64,000 bases of DNA from IMG/VR virus record IMGVR_UViG_3300042868_010462, positions 1 to 64,000 of that record. One strand, 5' to 3'. The notes beneath the pieces are model-generated. The model was not told the DNA's origin. It did not search any database and saw only the letters and a program-made list of their open reading frames with translations. Source of the DNA: a virus. Made by a program: the position numbers and the translations under genes. This document shows, piece by piece, positions 20,724 to 30,949 of the stretch. The stretch's first letter is position 1. The number at the start of each line of letters is the position of its first letter.

Positions 20724-20918
20724 TGCGGTTATTTGGGTGAAGTAAAAGTTATAATATTTAATACGAATTCAGACCAAGTAACAATAAAAAAAGGAATGAA
20801 AATTGCACAAGCAGTTTTATGTCCAGTAATAAACGGAAAATATGTTGATTTGGAACTAAAGAAAGATTTAGGTCAAAAAGACAGAGGTGATAACGGATTT
20901 GGCTCAACAGGAATATGA
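20616..20918 (+). CDS. dut: split intein C-fragment fused to dUTPase C-terminal half
   Basis: MKTTKIKKI..TYDITVSNNHNFFCNSHLIHN|C, then GYLGEVKV, KIAQAV and the motif-5 DRGDNGFGSTG. Confidence 0.88.
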   Translation: MKTTKIKKITSEKKQTYDITVSNNHNFFCNSHLIHNCGYLGEVKVIIFNTNSDQVTIKKGMKIAQAVLCPVINGKYVDLELKKDLGQKDRGDNGFGSTGI

Positions 20919-22429
20919 TTACTATAATATACTCAACACATAAGAACGAAGAATATAATTCTAAATTTAAGACCCACCTAATTAATAGTGTGGGTCTTAG
21001 TGATGTTCAAATATTGGAATATCAAAATAATAATCAATATTCTTTAGCTCAAGTTTACAATAGTGGAATAACTGAATCAATTTATGATATTGTGGTATGT
21101 TGTCACAATGATATTAAATTAGAAAAAAATTGGGGTCAAAAATTATTAAATGATTTTAATAATAACCCTGAATTTGGAATAATTGGTAAAGCAGGTTCTT
21201 GTTATTTCCCTGAATCAGGAATTTATTGGGAAAGGATGAAACAAACTATGGTTGGTCAAGTTTGGCATCAACCTGAAGGACAAAAAAAATGGTTGAGTTT
21301 GTATTCACCAAAAGTACCCTTTATTATTCCAGTTGTAACAATTGATGGTTTATTTATATCTTTTAATAAAAACAAACTTAAACATAAGTTCGATGAAACT
21401 ATTGGAAAGTTTCACTTTTATGACCATAGTTTTACAATTCCAAATTATTTAGATGATGTAAAAATTGGAGTAACATCTTCATTTGAAATAACACATGAAT
21501 CTATTGGTCAACCAAATCAAGAATTTTGGGAATCTAAAGAAGTTTTTCTCACAAAATATAAAAATAAATTACCATTAGATTTAAAACCTGAAAAGGTATA
21601 TGTCCCTGAAATTATTGGGAAAAATTTAGATAAAAAAGATAAAGTAGCCATAATAATCCCAACAAAGGGAAAATTAGATTTATTATTCCAATGTTTAGAA
21701 TCATTTTATTTAAATTGTGATTCTAATTTTTTTGACATTTTTATAGCTGATACAGGTTCTTCTTCGGAAGAATTATCAAGTATTGAAAATACGATTATGT
21801 CATACAAAAATATAAAATTAATTAAATATTCATTTTATAATTTTGCAAAGATAAATAATGATGTTGTGAAAAATTATGTAGGTAAACAATATGAATACAT
21901 TTTGTTTTGTAATAATGACATCAAAATTTTGAACAACGTAATATACAGTATGATTAAAGTTTTCAAAGATAACCCAAAAGTTGGTACTGTAGGTTGTAGG
22001 CTTCACTTTGAAGACAATACAATTCAACATGATGGTGTTATAATGTTTATAAGAGATAATAATCAATTAGGTGTAACACATAAAAATCTAAGTACATATT
22101 ATTCCTATAGTTTAGGGTTAAATAAAAATTTTGGTAATACAGGTGGATTGATGATGATAAGAAGATTCACATTTGAAAAGTGTGGTTTCTTTTGTGAAGA
22201 ATATGATAGTTGTTTTGAAGACGTTCAACTTAATGGAACTACTTTACTTTTAGGTTTAGATAACTATTGTGATGGTAATTCAGTTGCCTACCACTATGAA
22301 AGTCAAACAAGAGGAAAAGATGATGTTGCAAAAAATAAAGAAATGAATGATTTTTTTAAAACCTTGTTACCTTTTTTGATAAAAAATTTTACTAAATTAA
22401 TGAATAGAGTTCCGATATATAAAATATGA
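20915..22429 (+). CDS. two-domain GT-A glycosyltransferase (GT2-like)
   Basis: N-domain CCHNDI..IDGLF..FHFYD; C-domain IIIPTK..IADTGS..FCNNDI..EDV..HYESQTRG. Confidence 0.8.
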   Translation: MITIIYSTHKNEEYNSKFKTHLINSVGLSDVQILEYQNNNQYSLAQVYNSGITESIYDIVVCCHNDIKLEKNWGQKLLNDFNNNPEFGIIGKAGSCYFPESGIYWERMKQTMVGQVWHQPEGQKKWLSLYSPKVPFIIPVVTIDGLFISFNKNKLKHKFDETIGKFHFYDHSFTIPNYLDDVKIGVTSSFEITHESIGQPNQEFWESKEVFLTKYKNKLPLDLKPEKVYVPEIIGKNLDKKDKVAIIIPTKGKLDLLFQCLESFYLNCDSNFFDIFIADTGSSSEELSSIENTIMSYKNIKLIKYSFYNFAKINNDVVKNYVGKQYEYILFCNNDIKILNNVIYSMIKVFKDNPKVGTVGCRLHFEDNTIQHDGVIMFIRDNNQLGVTHKNLSTYYSYSLGLNKNFGNTGGLMMIRRFTFEKCGFFCEEYDSCFEDVQLNGTTLLLGLDNYCDGNSVAYHYESQTRGKDDVAKNKEMNDFFKTLLPFLIKNFTKLMNRVPIYKI

Positions 22430-22977
22430 TTACGTTTATAATCCCATCCTTGAATAGACCATCTTTGAAAAATTCAGTACAATCTTTAATAAATCAAACT
22501 GAACAAAATTGGAAAGCCATCATAGTTTATGATGGTGTTGATGGTCAATCGTTTGAGGATAATCGAATAACAACCTTAAAAGTAGATAAACTTGGTAGTT
22601 TTAGTTCTCATCATGGTATGGCTGGATTAGTTCGTAATTTTGGTATTGAAAAATGTGACACTGAATGGATTGGATTTTTGGATGATGACGATACTATTGA
22701 TTCAAGGTATGTTGAAACTTTACAAAAAAAATATTCAAAATATGATTTAGTTGTTTGGAGAATGAAGTTCAAGAATGGAATGATTATCCCAAGATTAACT
22801 AATGATAACTTAATTTTTGGTAATGTTGGTATTTCTTTCTGTTATAAAAATAAATTTAAAAACGTTAAATTCGAAGATAATAGAGATGGTGAAGATTTTG
22901 ATTTTATTAGTAATCTTAAAAAAAATACCTCAAATTACATAATAACCCCTGAAATTTTTTATAACGTTAGTCATTAA
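22426..22977 (+). CDS. GT2 glycosyltransferase
   Basis: FIIPSLNR, VYDG, RNFGI, FLDDDD and GEDF. Confidence 0.8.
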   Translation: MITFIIPSLNRPSLKNSVQSLINQTEQNWKAIIVYDGVDGQSFEDNRITTLKVDKLGSFSSHHGMAGLVRNFGIEKCDTEWIGFLDDDDTIDSRYVETLQKKYSKYDLVVWRMKFKNGMIIPRLTNDNLIFGNVGISFCYKNKFKNVKFEDNRDGEDFDFISNLKKNTSNYIITPEIFYNVSH

Positions 22978-23606
22978 TGAAATTATTTGAAAGATTTGAT
23001 AAAGTTTTTTGTATTAATCTAAAAAGACGACCTGAAAGACTCGAACAATTTAAGGAAGAAGTTGATAAATTTGACTTGGGGAATTTTGAAACTTTTGAAG
23101 CTATTGATGGTAATACAATAGCTCAAAATAATTTGGGAGTACTAAAACCAAGTGAAAAAGGTCTAATTGAAAGTAATATTAAAATACTTAAAAATTGTAT
23201 TGAAAAAAAATATAGTAGTGTGTTGATTATAGAGGACGATTGTTTATTCACTGATGAAATTAATAAAATAGATTCATATTTTGATTGTTTACCAAATGAT
23301 TGGGAAATGTTGTATATGGGTGGAAATCATAATACACATATTAAAATAAATCCACCTGAAATCATTAATGAAAAAGTGTATAAATTACATAGTACGTATT
23401 CAACTCATTTTGTTGCTATAAAAAATGTAATTTTTGAATACGTTTTGAATGAATTACAAAATAATCAGTTACCTTTAGATGTAACATATACAAAAATACA
23501 AAAAAATAAAAGAGTATATTGTTTTTATCCAGCAATTGCAAAACAAAGAAATGGTTACTCAGATATCCAACATAGTTTTGTTGACTATGATTGGTTGATT
23601 AAATAA
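22977..23606 (+). CDS. GT25 glycosyltransferase
   Basis: CINLKRRPER, FEAIDG, LIIEDD, WEMLYMG and QRNGYSDI. Confidence 0.8.
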   Translation: MKLFERFDKVFCINLKRRPERLEQFKEEVDKFDLGNFETFEAIDGNTIAQNNLGVLKPSEKGLIESNIKILKNCIEKKYSSVLIIEDDCLFTDEINKIDSYFDCLPNDWEMLYMGGNHNTHIKINPPEIINEKVYKLHSTYSTHFVAIKNVIFEYVLNELQNNQLPLDVTYTKIQKNKRVYCFYPAIAKQRNGYSDIQHSFVDYDWLIK

Positions 23607-23614
23607 AAAATTGT

Positions 23615-24436
23615 ATGGAAACTAACTTTTTTACAAGTTTTTTAATGGGCGGTTTGGGTAATCAAATGTTTCAGATTTCCCATGCTTACGCTCAAGGGTT
23701 AAAACACAAAACAAAAGTAATTTTTAAACCAACCGCCTACACTCCAATGCAGGCAAACAAACCTGACAAGTATTTTGATAACATTTATAGAAAAATAAAG
23801 TTTGATAACTTTAGTTGTGAATTACATAGAGTTGTTGGTACATGGGATTTCAAAGAAATTATACCCCCTAATGGAAAAAATATAGAGTTTTATGGTTATT
23901 TCCAAAGTAGTAAAAATTTTTATGGTTTTGATGATGATATTAGGAATTTATTTAAACCAAATGTTTCTTTTTTTGAAAAAATAAGTAAAAAGTTCCCGAA
24001 ATTGGATTTTTCAAACAGTGTATCACTACACATTCGTAGGGGGGATTATTTAAAAATTCCAAAGATTTTACCTCCATTAGATGTGTCATATTATGAGAAT
24101 TGTATAAATAAAATTGACTACTATGAAAATATCTTTGTTTTCAGTGATGAAATAAGTTGGGCAAAACAAAATTTAAAATTTAAAAATTTAATTTTTGTGG
24201 AGGGCTTAGAAGATTATGAAGAACTATGGATGATGAGTTTATGTAAAATTAATATTATGTCCAATTCAACATTTTCTTGGTGGGGAAGTTTCTTGAATAG
24301 TAACAAAGATAAAAAAGTTTTTGTTCCAAATATTTGGTTCGGTCCTAATGGCGAAAAAAACTTTAATGATTTGTATGAATCCGATTGGGAAAAAATAAAT
24401 GTAAACTTTTTAAACGATAAATTAATATGTTATTAG
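23615..24436 (+). CDS. GT11 alpha-1,2-fucosyltransferase-like
   Basis: GGLGNQMFQ, GYFQS, HIRRGDY and NSTFSWWG. Confidence 0.85.
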   Translation: METNFFTSFLMGGLGNQMFQISHAYAQGLKHKTKVIFKPTAYTPMQANKPDKYFDNIYRKIKFDNFSCELHRVVGTWDFKEIIPPNGKNIEFYGYFQSSKNFYGFDDDIRNLFKPNVSFFEKISKKFPKLDFSNSVSLHIRRGDYLKIPKILPPLDVSYYENCINKIDYYENIFVFSDEISWAKQNLKFKNLIFVEGLEDYEELWMMSLCKINIMSNSTFSWWGSFLNSNKDKKVFVPNIWFGPNGEKNFNDLYESDWEKINVNFLNDKLICY

Positions 24437-25050
24437 ATTTCGAAGAATTAATTAAAAAATATAATCTAAAGATTCGGGGAGTAATCCATATTGGTGCACA
24501 TTATGGACAAGAACATCAAATTTATAAAAATGAAAATATTAGTAATATTGTATATTTTGAACCTTTGTTAAAAAATTTTCAAGTATTAAAAGAAAATGTT
24601 AAAGATGAAGCTATTCTGTTTAATTTAGCTTTAGGGTGTGAAAAAAATGAAATAGAAATGTTTGTGGAAAATAACAATTTAGGTCAATCATCATCAATAT
24701 TAGAACCACACCTCCATCTTCAACAATATCCAATAATACAATTTGATAAAAAAGAACTTGTAAAAATGGAAAAGTTAGATGATATTGATATAACATTCGA
24801 ACATTATAACCTAATAAATATTGATGTTCAAGGATATGAACTAAATGTTTTTTGTGGAGCTAAAAAAGTTTTGGAAAAAATCGATTACATAATCAGTGAA
24901 GTAAATAGAGCTGATTTGTATAAAAATTGTACAAAAGTAGAAGAATTAGATTTATTCTTGAAAACATATGGATTCGAACGAGTTGAAACTTCTTGGGTTG
25001 GAAATACATGGGGGGACGCTCTTTATATTAAAAAAAATGATACTTTATAA
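24427..25050 (+). CDS. FkbM-family methyltransferase
   Basis: HIGAHYGQE, FEP, IDVQGYEL and WGDALY. Confidence 0.82.
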   Translation: MLLDFEELIKKYNLKIRGVIHIGAHYGQEHQIYKNENISNIVYFEPLLKNFQVLKENVKDEAILFNLALGCEKNEIEMFVENNNLGQSSSILEPHLHLQQYPIIQFDKKELVKMEKLDDIDITFEHYNLINIDVQGYELNVFCGAKKVLEKIDYIISEVNRADLYKNCTKVEELDLFLKTYGFERVETSWVGNTWGDALYIKKNDTL

Positions 25051-25849
25051 ACTACCTATTTACGACAAAAAATTTGACCACTCTTATTCTTCTAGTTGGT
25101 ATCACAAACCAGAAAAATTTGAGTGGGTAAGAAATGATTACGATAATTTTGAGTTTATTGTTATCACAAACCTTTCAGATGTTGACAAATTCCCGAACAA
25201 AAAAGTAATTGGTTGGATAATAGAACCTCCAGCGATAGATTCAAGTCAATATGAGTATGCCAAAGAAAATCATTATAAATTTTTTAGGATTTTTACTTAC
25301 CACGAGAATTTACTTAGTATTTCAAACAAGTTTGATTTTTTACCGATAGGTGGTACTTGGATAGAAAATAATGAAAGAAAAATTTATGATAAAAATAAAC
25401 TTATTAACATTATTGTATCAGAAAAAAAAATAACTGAAGGACACAAACTTAGGCATCAAATTGTACAAAATTTTACAAATTTGGATATTATGGGTAGAGG
25501 TTATAAAATTTATAACAATAAAGTTGATATGTTAAAAGATTATATGTTTTCTATAGTGATTGAAAATGAAAAAATAAATTCACTTTTTACTGAAAAACTT
25601 ATAGATTGTTTTCTAACAGGTACTATTCCGATATATTATGGTTGTGAAAAAATATGTGAATTTTTTGATACTAAAGGCATTATAGTTTTTAATACTTTAA
25701 AGGAATTGGAAGATATTATAAACAAAATAACTATTGAGGATTATAATCAAAAAATTGATTTCGTTAAAAAAAATTTCGAATTAGCAAAGAATTACACGAT
25801 AGCTGATAATATTATTTTTGAAAAATTAAAAAAAGAAAAATTATTTTAA
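25037..25849 (+). CDS. GT10 (alpha-1,3-fucosyltransferase)-like
   Basis: YMFSIVIEN..FTEKLIDCFLTGTIPIYYG; ATG at 25037 preferred. Confidence 0.75.
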   Translation: MILYKLPIYDKKFDHSYSSSWYHKPEKFEWVRNDYDNFEFIVITNLSDVDKFPNKKVIGWIIEPPAIDSSQYEYAKENHYKFFRIFTYHENLLSISNKFDFLPIGGTWIENNERKIYDKNKLINIIVSEKKITEGHKLRHQIVQNFTNLDIMGRGYKIYNNKVDMLKDYMFSIVIENEKINSLFTEKLIDCFLTGTIPIYYGCEKICEFFDTKGIIVFNTLKELEDIINKITIEDYNQKIDFVKKNFELAKNYTIADNIIFEKLKKEKLF

Positions 25850-26611
25850 ATGGACTTCGATAAGAAAAAAATAGTAGAAAAGATTTTAAAGATTTCTTTT
25901 GAAAAAAATGAGGGTCATATACCAAGTTCCCTATCAATTTTGGACATTTTATTTGTGTTATACTCTAAGATTTTGGATGTAAACCGAATCAAAAAAAATG
26001 AAATAGATAGGGATAAATTTATTTTGAGTAAAGGTCATGCTTCTTTAGCAATATACTCTATTTTAGATGAGTTTGGTTTGTTAGAGGAAAACTTGGATAA
26101 TTTTTGTGACTTTAATAGTAAACTTGGTGGACATCCATCAGATAAAATAAATGGTATAGAAATATCTTCAGGTTCACTAGGACACGGATTACCAATAGCA
26201 GTTGGGATGGCAATTGGTCATAAAATTAGAAATTTTACATCAAAGATTTATGTTCTTGTTGGTGATGGAGAACTTAATGAAGGTACGAATTGGGAATCAT
26301 TTTTGTTAGGAGCACAACACAATTTAGATAATTTAGTTTGCATTTTAGATTATAATAAATCAAATGATAGAGCATTACACTTGAATAATTTAGAAGAAAA
26401 AATGAACTCCTTCGGTTGGGAAGTTGATGTTATTGATGGTCACAATTTGATTGAAATCGAAAAATCATTGTCAAAGAAAAACAAAAAACCAAAATTTATT
26501 TTGGCAAATACTATAAAAGGTAAAGGATGTAAAATTATGGAAAACAATCCCGAATGGCATCATAAATTTCCTAATTTAGAGGAATTAAAATTATTAATTG
26601 AAAATTTATGA
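25850..26611 (+). CDS. transketolase-like, N-terminal (TPP-binding) subunit
   Basis: FILSKGHA, LGGHP, GSLGHGL, GDGELNEG and TIKGKG. Confidence 0.88.
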   Translation: MDFDKKKIVEKILKISFEKNEGHIPSSLSILDILFVLYSKILDVNRIKKNEIDRDKFILSKGHASLAIYSILDEFGLLEENLDNFCDFNSKLGGHPSDKINGIEISSGSLGHGLPIAVGMAIGHKIRNFTSKIYVLVGDGELNEGTNWESFLLGAQHNLDNLVCILDYNKSNDRALHLNNLEEKMNSFGWEVDVIDGHNLIEIEKSLSKKNKKPKFILANTIKGKGCKIMENNPEWHHKFPNLEELKLLIENL

Positions 26612-27498
26612 GAAAACAACTTGTAAAAAGTGTTGAGAAAATTTTAGATGAAAATGTAAATACATCGTTATTATTAGGAGATATAGGTGTTTTTGGTTTT
26701 AGAAATTCTTTAGAAAAATTCAGTAATCGAGTTTTTAATATAGGTATTTTAGAACAAAGTACAATTGGTGTCGCGGCAGGGTTATCCAAATGTGGTATTA
26801 TACCAATTGTTCACACTATAGCACCCTTTATGGTCGAGAGGGCTTTTGAACAAATAAAAATAGATTTCGGTTATCAAAAATTAAAAGGAAATTTTATCTC
26901 AATTGGTGCGTCATATGATTATGCTGCTTTAGGGTCAACACATCATTGTCCTGGTGATGTACAACTTTTAATGACCATACCAAACTTACAAATATTTTTA
27001 CCAGGTACCTCATTTGAATTTGATTTATTATTGAATGAAATTTATCAAAGTGAATCACCAAATTACTTTAGATTAACTGAATACGAAAATAATATTAACA
27101 TTGATGTAAAGTTTGGAAAAGCAAATGTAATAAAAGAGGGTAAACTAGCGACTATTATTTGTGTTGGAAATATGTTACAAAGTGTCCTCGATGTATGTCA
27201 AAATTTAGATGTAACTATATTGTATTATACAACTTTGAAACCTTTTGATTTTAATACACTGAAGGATTACTTCAATGAAAAAATAATAATAGTTGAACCT
27301 TACTATGAAGGTGTACTGAATTACTATGTCAACTCAACATTCAAAAACAAAAAATTTCATATTGATAATATTGGAATACCTCATATATTTTTACTTAATT
27401 ATGGTACAAAAATTGAACATGATAAAAATTTAAAACTAGATAAACAGAGTATAGAACAAAGAATTATAGAATGTATACAATCGAATCTGAATGTTTGA
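26608..27498 (+). CDS. transketolase-like, C-terminal (pyrimidine-binding) subunit
   Basis: FNIGILEQ, RAFEQI, GSTHH and YFRL. Confidence 0.85.
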   Translation: MRKQLVKSVEKILDENVNTSLLLGDIGVFGFRNSLEKFSNRVFNIGILEQSTIGVAAGLSKCGIIPIVHTIAPFMVERAFEQIKIDFGYQKLKGNFISIGASYDYAALGSTHHCPGDVQLLMTIPNLQIFLPGTSFEFDLLLNEIYQSESPNYFRLTEYENNINIDVKFGKANVIKEGKLATIICVGNMLQSVLDVCQNLDVTILYYTTLKPFDFNTLKDYFNEKIIIVEPYYEGVLNYYVNSTFKNKKFHIDNIGIPHIFLLNYGTKIEHDKNLKLDKQSIEQRIIECIQSNLNV

Positions 27499-28481
27499 AA
27501 ATTATTGAGAAAATAAATTTCGAACCATTGGTCAACAAAAAAATATTAATCACAGGTGCATCAGGTCTTATAGGGAGTTGGATGACAATTTGCTTACAAC
27601 TTTTGAAAAATACTCATAATTTAGAATTATATATTTGGACAAAAAATAAGTTACTCAATTTTAATTCCCCAACTACTGAACTTAATATTATAACAAGAGA
27701 TATTTGTGATGAAAAAAGTTTTACTGATTTACCAAATTTCGATATTATTATTCATGCAGCTGGTTATGGACAACCTTCTAAGTTTTTAGAGAATAAAATA
27801 AAAACTATTATATTAAACACAAAATCAACTATAAATTTAATTCAGAAATTAAATAAAAATGGTAAATTTTTGTTTGTAAGTACAAGTGAAATATACAGTG
27901 GAAACTATAAAGAAGAAATTACAGAAAATGATTTTGGTTTCACATTAACGAATCATCCTCGTAGTTCTTACATAGAGGGTAAAAGATGTGGAGAATCTAT
28001 TTGTTACTCATATATCGAACAAAACATTGATATTAAAATAATAAGATTAAGTTTGGCTTATGGCCCAGGTACAAAAAAAGGTGATACAAGGGTTTTAAAT
28101 TCTCTAATAGAGAAAGCACTCAAGGAAAACGAAATAAATCTATTAGATTCAGGTAAAGCTATACGAACCTATTGTTATATTTCTGATGTAATAGAAATGT
28201 TTTGGAATATATTTTTATATGGGAAAGAAAAAATTTATAATGTCGGAGGTTCAGAAAAAATATCAATTTATGAATTAGCTAAAGAAATAGGAAACTATTT
28301 AAACGTTAATGTTAATTTACCTAAACAAGATAAATCCTTAGAAGGTAGTCCAAATTTAGTTAATATGAGTATTAATAGATATCTACAAGAATTTGGTAAC
28401 AAAAATTTCATACCTTTACAACAAGGTTTAAAACAAACAATTAATTGGCAAAAAAAAATATATGAAGAAAATAACTTATAA
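27471..28481 (+). CDS. NAD-dependent NDP-sugar epimerase/decarboxylase (UXS-like SDR)
   Basis: ITGASGLIG, STSEIY, PRSSYIEGKR and RTYCYISD. Confidence 0.8.
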   Translation: MYTIESECLKIIEKINFEPLVNKKILITGASGLIGSWMTICLQLLKNTHNLELYIWTKNKLLNFNSPTTELNIITRDICDEKSFTDLPNFDIIIHAAGYGQPSKFLENKIKTIILNTKSTINLIQKLNKNGKFLFVSTSEIYSGNYKEEITENDFGFTLTNHPRSSYIEGKRCGESICYSYIEQNIDIKIIRLSLAYGPGTKKGDTRVLNSLIEKALKENEINLLDSGKAIRTYCYISDVIEMFWNIFLYGKEKIYNVGGSEKISIYELAKEIGNYLNVNVNLPKQDKSLEGSPNLVNMSINRYLQEFGNKNFIPLQQGLKQTINWQKKIYEENNL

Positions 28482-29373
28482 AAATATAGAAAAAATTTTG
28501 GGTTTTAAGTTAGACAAAGAACTCAGAGAAAGAGTTAATAGTTTTGATTTAAAATATAGAAAATTAAGTAAAAAAGAATTAGACCATTACTTGAATCATT
28601 GTGTTAATGTCCTCACTAGTGATATAACAATATCCGGTAAACATAGAATAACAGAATGGGAAAAAGGTTGGGATGAAAACCTAACTTCTTTTAATGAATC
28701 AAAAAACATACAAGATTTAATCCCAAAATATCACTCAAAAAATAGAATTGTACGATGGAATGGTGATGTTGTTATGCCTCTTACCGAAAACTTTGACTAT
28801 AAAATTCACATATGTTTTGTAGATGCGATTTTGAGACATTATTCTAAAGGTCTAAAAAATGTATTTGAATTTGGTTGTGGACCGGCTTATCACTTAATTA
28901 GATTGAAAAAATATGATGAAAATATAAATGTGTTCGGTACTGATTGGACAACAAGTTCACAAAAAATTATCGAAAACATAAATCATATTTTGAATATGGA
29001 CATAAAGGGCATCAATTTAGATTTTTTTAATCCTGATTATAATATTGAAATCCCAAAAAATTCTGCTATATATACTGTAGCGTCATTGGAACAAATAGGT
29101 GATGAATTTGGAAAAATCGTTGATTTTATGATTGAAAAAAAACCATCGATTTGTATCCATATGGAACCAATTGATGAATTATTGGATAAAGATATATTAG
29201 TTGATAATTTATCAATCAAATATTTTAGAAAAAGAAATTATTTGAATGGTTTTTTACCTTATTTGGAGTCATTGGAAGAAAAAAATAAAATTAAAATTCT
29301 TAAAAAACAAAGAATTTTTAGTGGTAGTTATTTTATAGAAGGACATTCTTTAATTGTTTGGAAGCCACTATAA
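28462..29373 (+). CDS. class I SAM-dependent methyltransferase-like
   Basis: VFEFGCGPAYHL..GTDW..SLEQ..HMEP. Confidence 0.6.
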   Translation: MKKITYKNIEKILGFKLDKELRERVNSFDLKYRKLSKKELDHYLNHCVNVLTSDITISGKHRITEWEKGWDENLTSFNESKNIQDLIPKYHSKNRIVRWNGDVVMPLTENFDYKIHICFVDAILRHYSKGLKNVFEFGCGPAYHLIRLKKYDENINVFGTDWTTSSQKIIENINHILNMDIKGINLDFFNPDYNIEIPKNSAIYTVASLEQIGDEFGKIVDFMIEKKPSICIHMEPIDELLDKDILVDNLSIKYFRKRNYLNGFLPYLESLEEKNKIKILKKQRIFSGSYFIEGHSLIVWKPL

Positions 29374-29393
29374 CTTAAAAAAATATAAAGATA

Positions 29394-30173
29394 ATGACAT
29401 CTTTTAAATCTGTGATGGCTGTTGATTTAGTAAATTCTTGGGATAAAGTACCTAATGGATGTTGGGATTTATTAGAAGATTTATATATCAGATATAATGA
29501 AGAAAAAAGTACAACTCAAAAAATACCAAAAAAAATTCATCAAATTTGGATTGGTGAAATACCTGAAACAGTAATTGAACTTAGTAATCAAATAAAAACC
29601 ATAAATTCTGATTGGGAATATAAACTATGGACAATGGATGATTTGAAAGATTATCCAATGATGAATAAAAATTTGTTTGATTGTTTACAAAATCCAGGTA
29701 GTAAATCAGATGTTGCAAGATATGAAATAATTTATAACGAAGGAGGAATTTATTTGGATACTGATTTTAAGGTAATAACAAAATTTGATTCCATCATAAA
29801 TTGTGATTTTTTTACAGGGGTTGGTCACTCAAAAGAACCAATGGTCTTTAATGGATTATTTGGAAGCACCCCAAAAAATATTTTTTTGGAGTCATTATTA
29901 ACTTCACTAAAAAATCAAGAATTTGATTGTAATACTAATGATAAAGAAAGTATTATGAATTTTAGTGGTCCTTATTTCTTTTCGAACCAATTTTTTTCTT
30001 TTATTAAACAAAATCCAAGTTCAGATTTTGTTGTTTTCCCAACTCCTTATTTTTATCCCCTACCAGCCACTGAGAGAAATAATGTTAGAAACAACATCAA
30101 TCATGAACTAATTACACAATATATTAGTGATAAAACAATTTGTGTTCATTTGTGGTTTTGTTCATGGCAATAG
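29394..30173 (+). CDS. GT32 (Och1-like, DxD) glycosyltransferase
   Basis: IPKKIHQIWIG, KSDVARYEI, GGIYLDTD and SGP. Confidence 0.85.
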   Translation: MTSFKSVMAVDLVNSWDKVPNGCWDLLEDLYIRYNEEKSTTQKIPKKIHQIWIGEIPETVIELSNQIKTINSDWEYKLWTMDDLKDYPMMNKNLFDCLQNPGSKSDVARYEIIYNEGGIYLDTDFKVITKFDSIINCDFFTGVGHSKEPMVFNGLFGSTPKNIFLESLLTSLKNQEFDCNTNDKESIMNFSGPYFFSNQFFSFIKQNPSSDFVVFPTPYFYPLPATERNNVRNNINHELITQYISDKTICVHLWFCSWQ

Positions 30174-30949
30174 ATTATATACAAGGAGAGAAATTTCAAA
30201 GATTAGCAGATAATAATAAAATATTTTATGTTGACACACATAATGTTAGTAATTTTTTGAAAAATCCCCCAAAAAACGAATTTGTTTTAATATCACATAA
30301 TAGTGATGGTAATATTACAAAAAACCCCAAAAGATTCAACGCAGGTTCAAGTAATGATTTCTTTTTTGATTACAACACTTTACCTAAAAATTTAGTTAAA
30401 TGGTTTGGTCAGAATGTTGATGTAGAAAGTGAAATTTTAGATTCTATCCCTATCGGATTAGAAAACTCTTGTTGGTTTCCTACAATAAAAAAAATAGACA
30501 AAATTAATACAATTAGAGTCGAAGAAAAAAAATATATTAATCTTTTATACATTAATCATAATATAAATACAAATTTAACTGAAAGACAAAAACCTTACGA
30601 CATATTGAAATCCAAAAATTGGTGCACCACTGAATATGGTAAAAATGGAGAAAACTTTGAACAATATTTAAAAATGTTACATTCACACATTTTTGTTTTA
30701 TGTCCATCAGGTAATGGTTTAGATACACATAGATTTTGGGAAACACTATATGTCAACTCAATTCCTGTGGTTAAAAGAAATTTGAATAACAAATTTTATA
30801 CTGACTTACCAATATGTTTTATTGATGATTGGGAAGAATTAGACGAAAATTTCCTTAACGAGGAGTTGATTAAAATAAAAAAAATGGAATACAACTTTGA
30901 ACAATTGGATTTTAATTTTTGGAAAAACAAAATTAAGAATACTATATGA
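30164..30949 (+). CDS. exostosin/GT47-like glycosyltransferase
   Basis: HNSD, IPIGLEN and FVLCPSGNGLDTHRFWETLY..IPVV; ATG at 30164 preferred. Confidence 0.7.
   Translation: MAIDYIQGEKFQRLADNNKIFYVDTHNVSNFLKNPPKNEFVLISHNSDGNITKNPKRFNAGSSNDFFFDYNTLPKNLVKWFGQNVDVESEILDSIPIGLENSCWFPTIKKIDKINTIRVEEKKYINLLYINHNINTNLTERQKPYDILKSKNWCTTEYGKNGENFEQYLKMLHSHIFVLCPSGNGLDTHRFWETLYVNSIPVVKRNLNNKFYTDLPICFIDDWEELDENFLNEELIKIKKMEYNFEQLDFNFWKNKIKNTI

Noticed and set aside
19031-20918. dUTPase as a pseudogene, or as a frameshifted contiguous intein
   Set aside because: Both halves have clean starts and stops and intact extein motifs; the middle ORF has its own ATG, upstream motif and a non-LAGLIDADG fold. This matches a fractured-gene layout.
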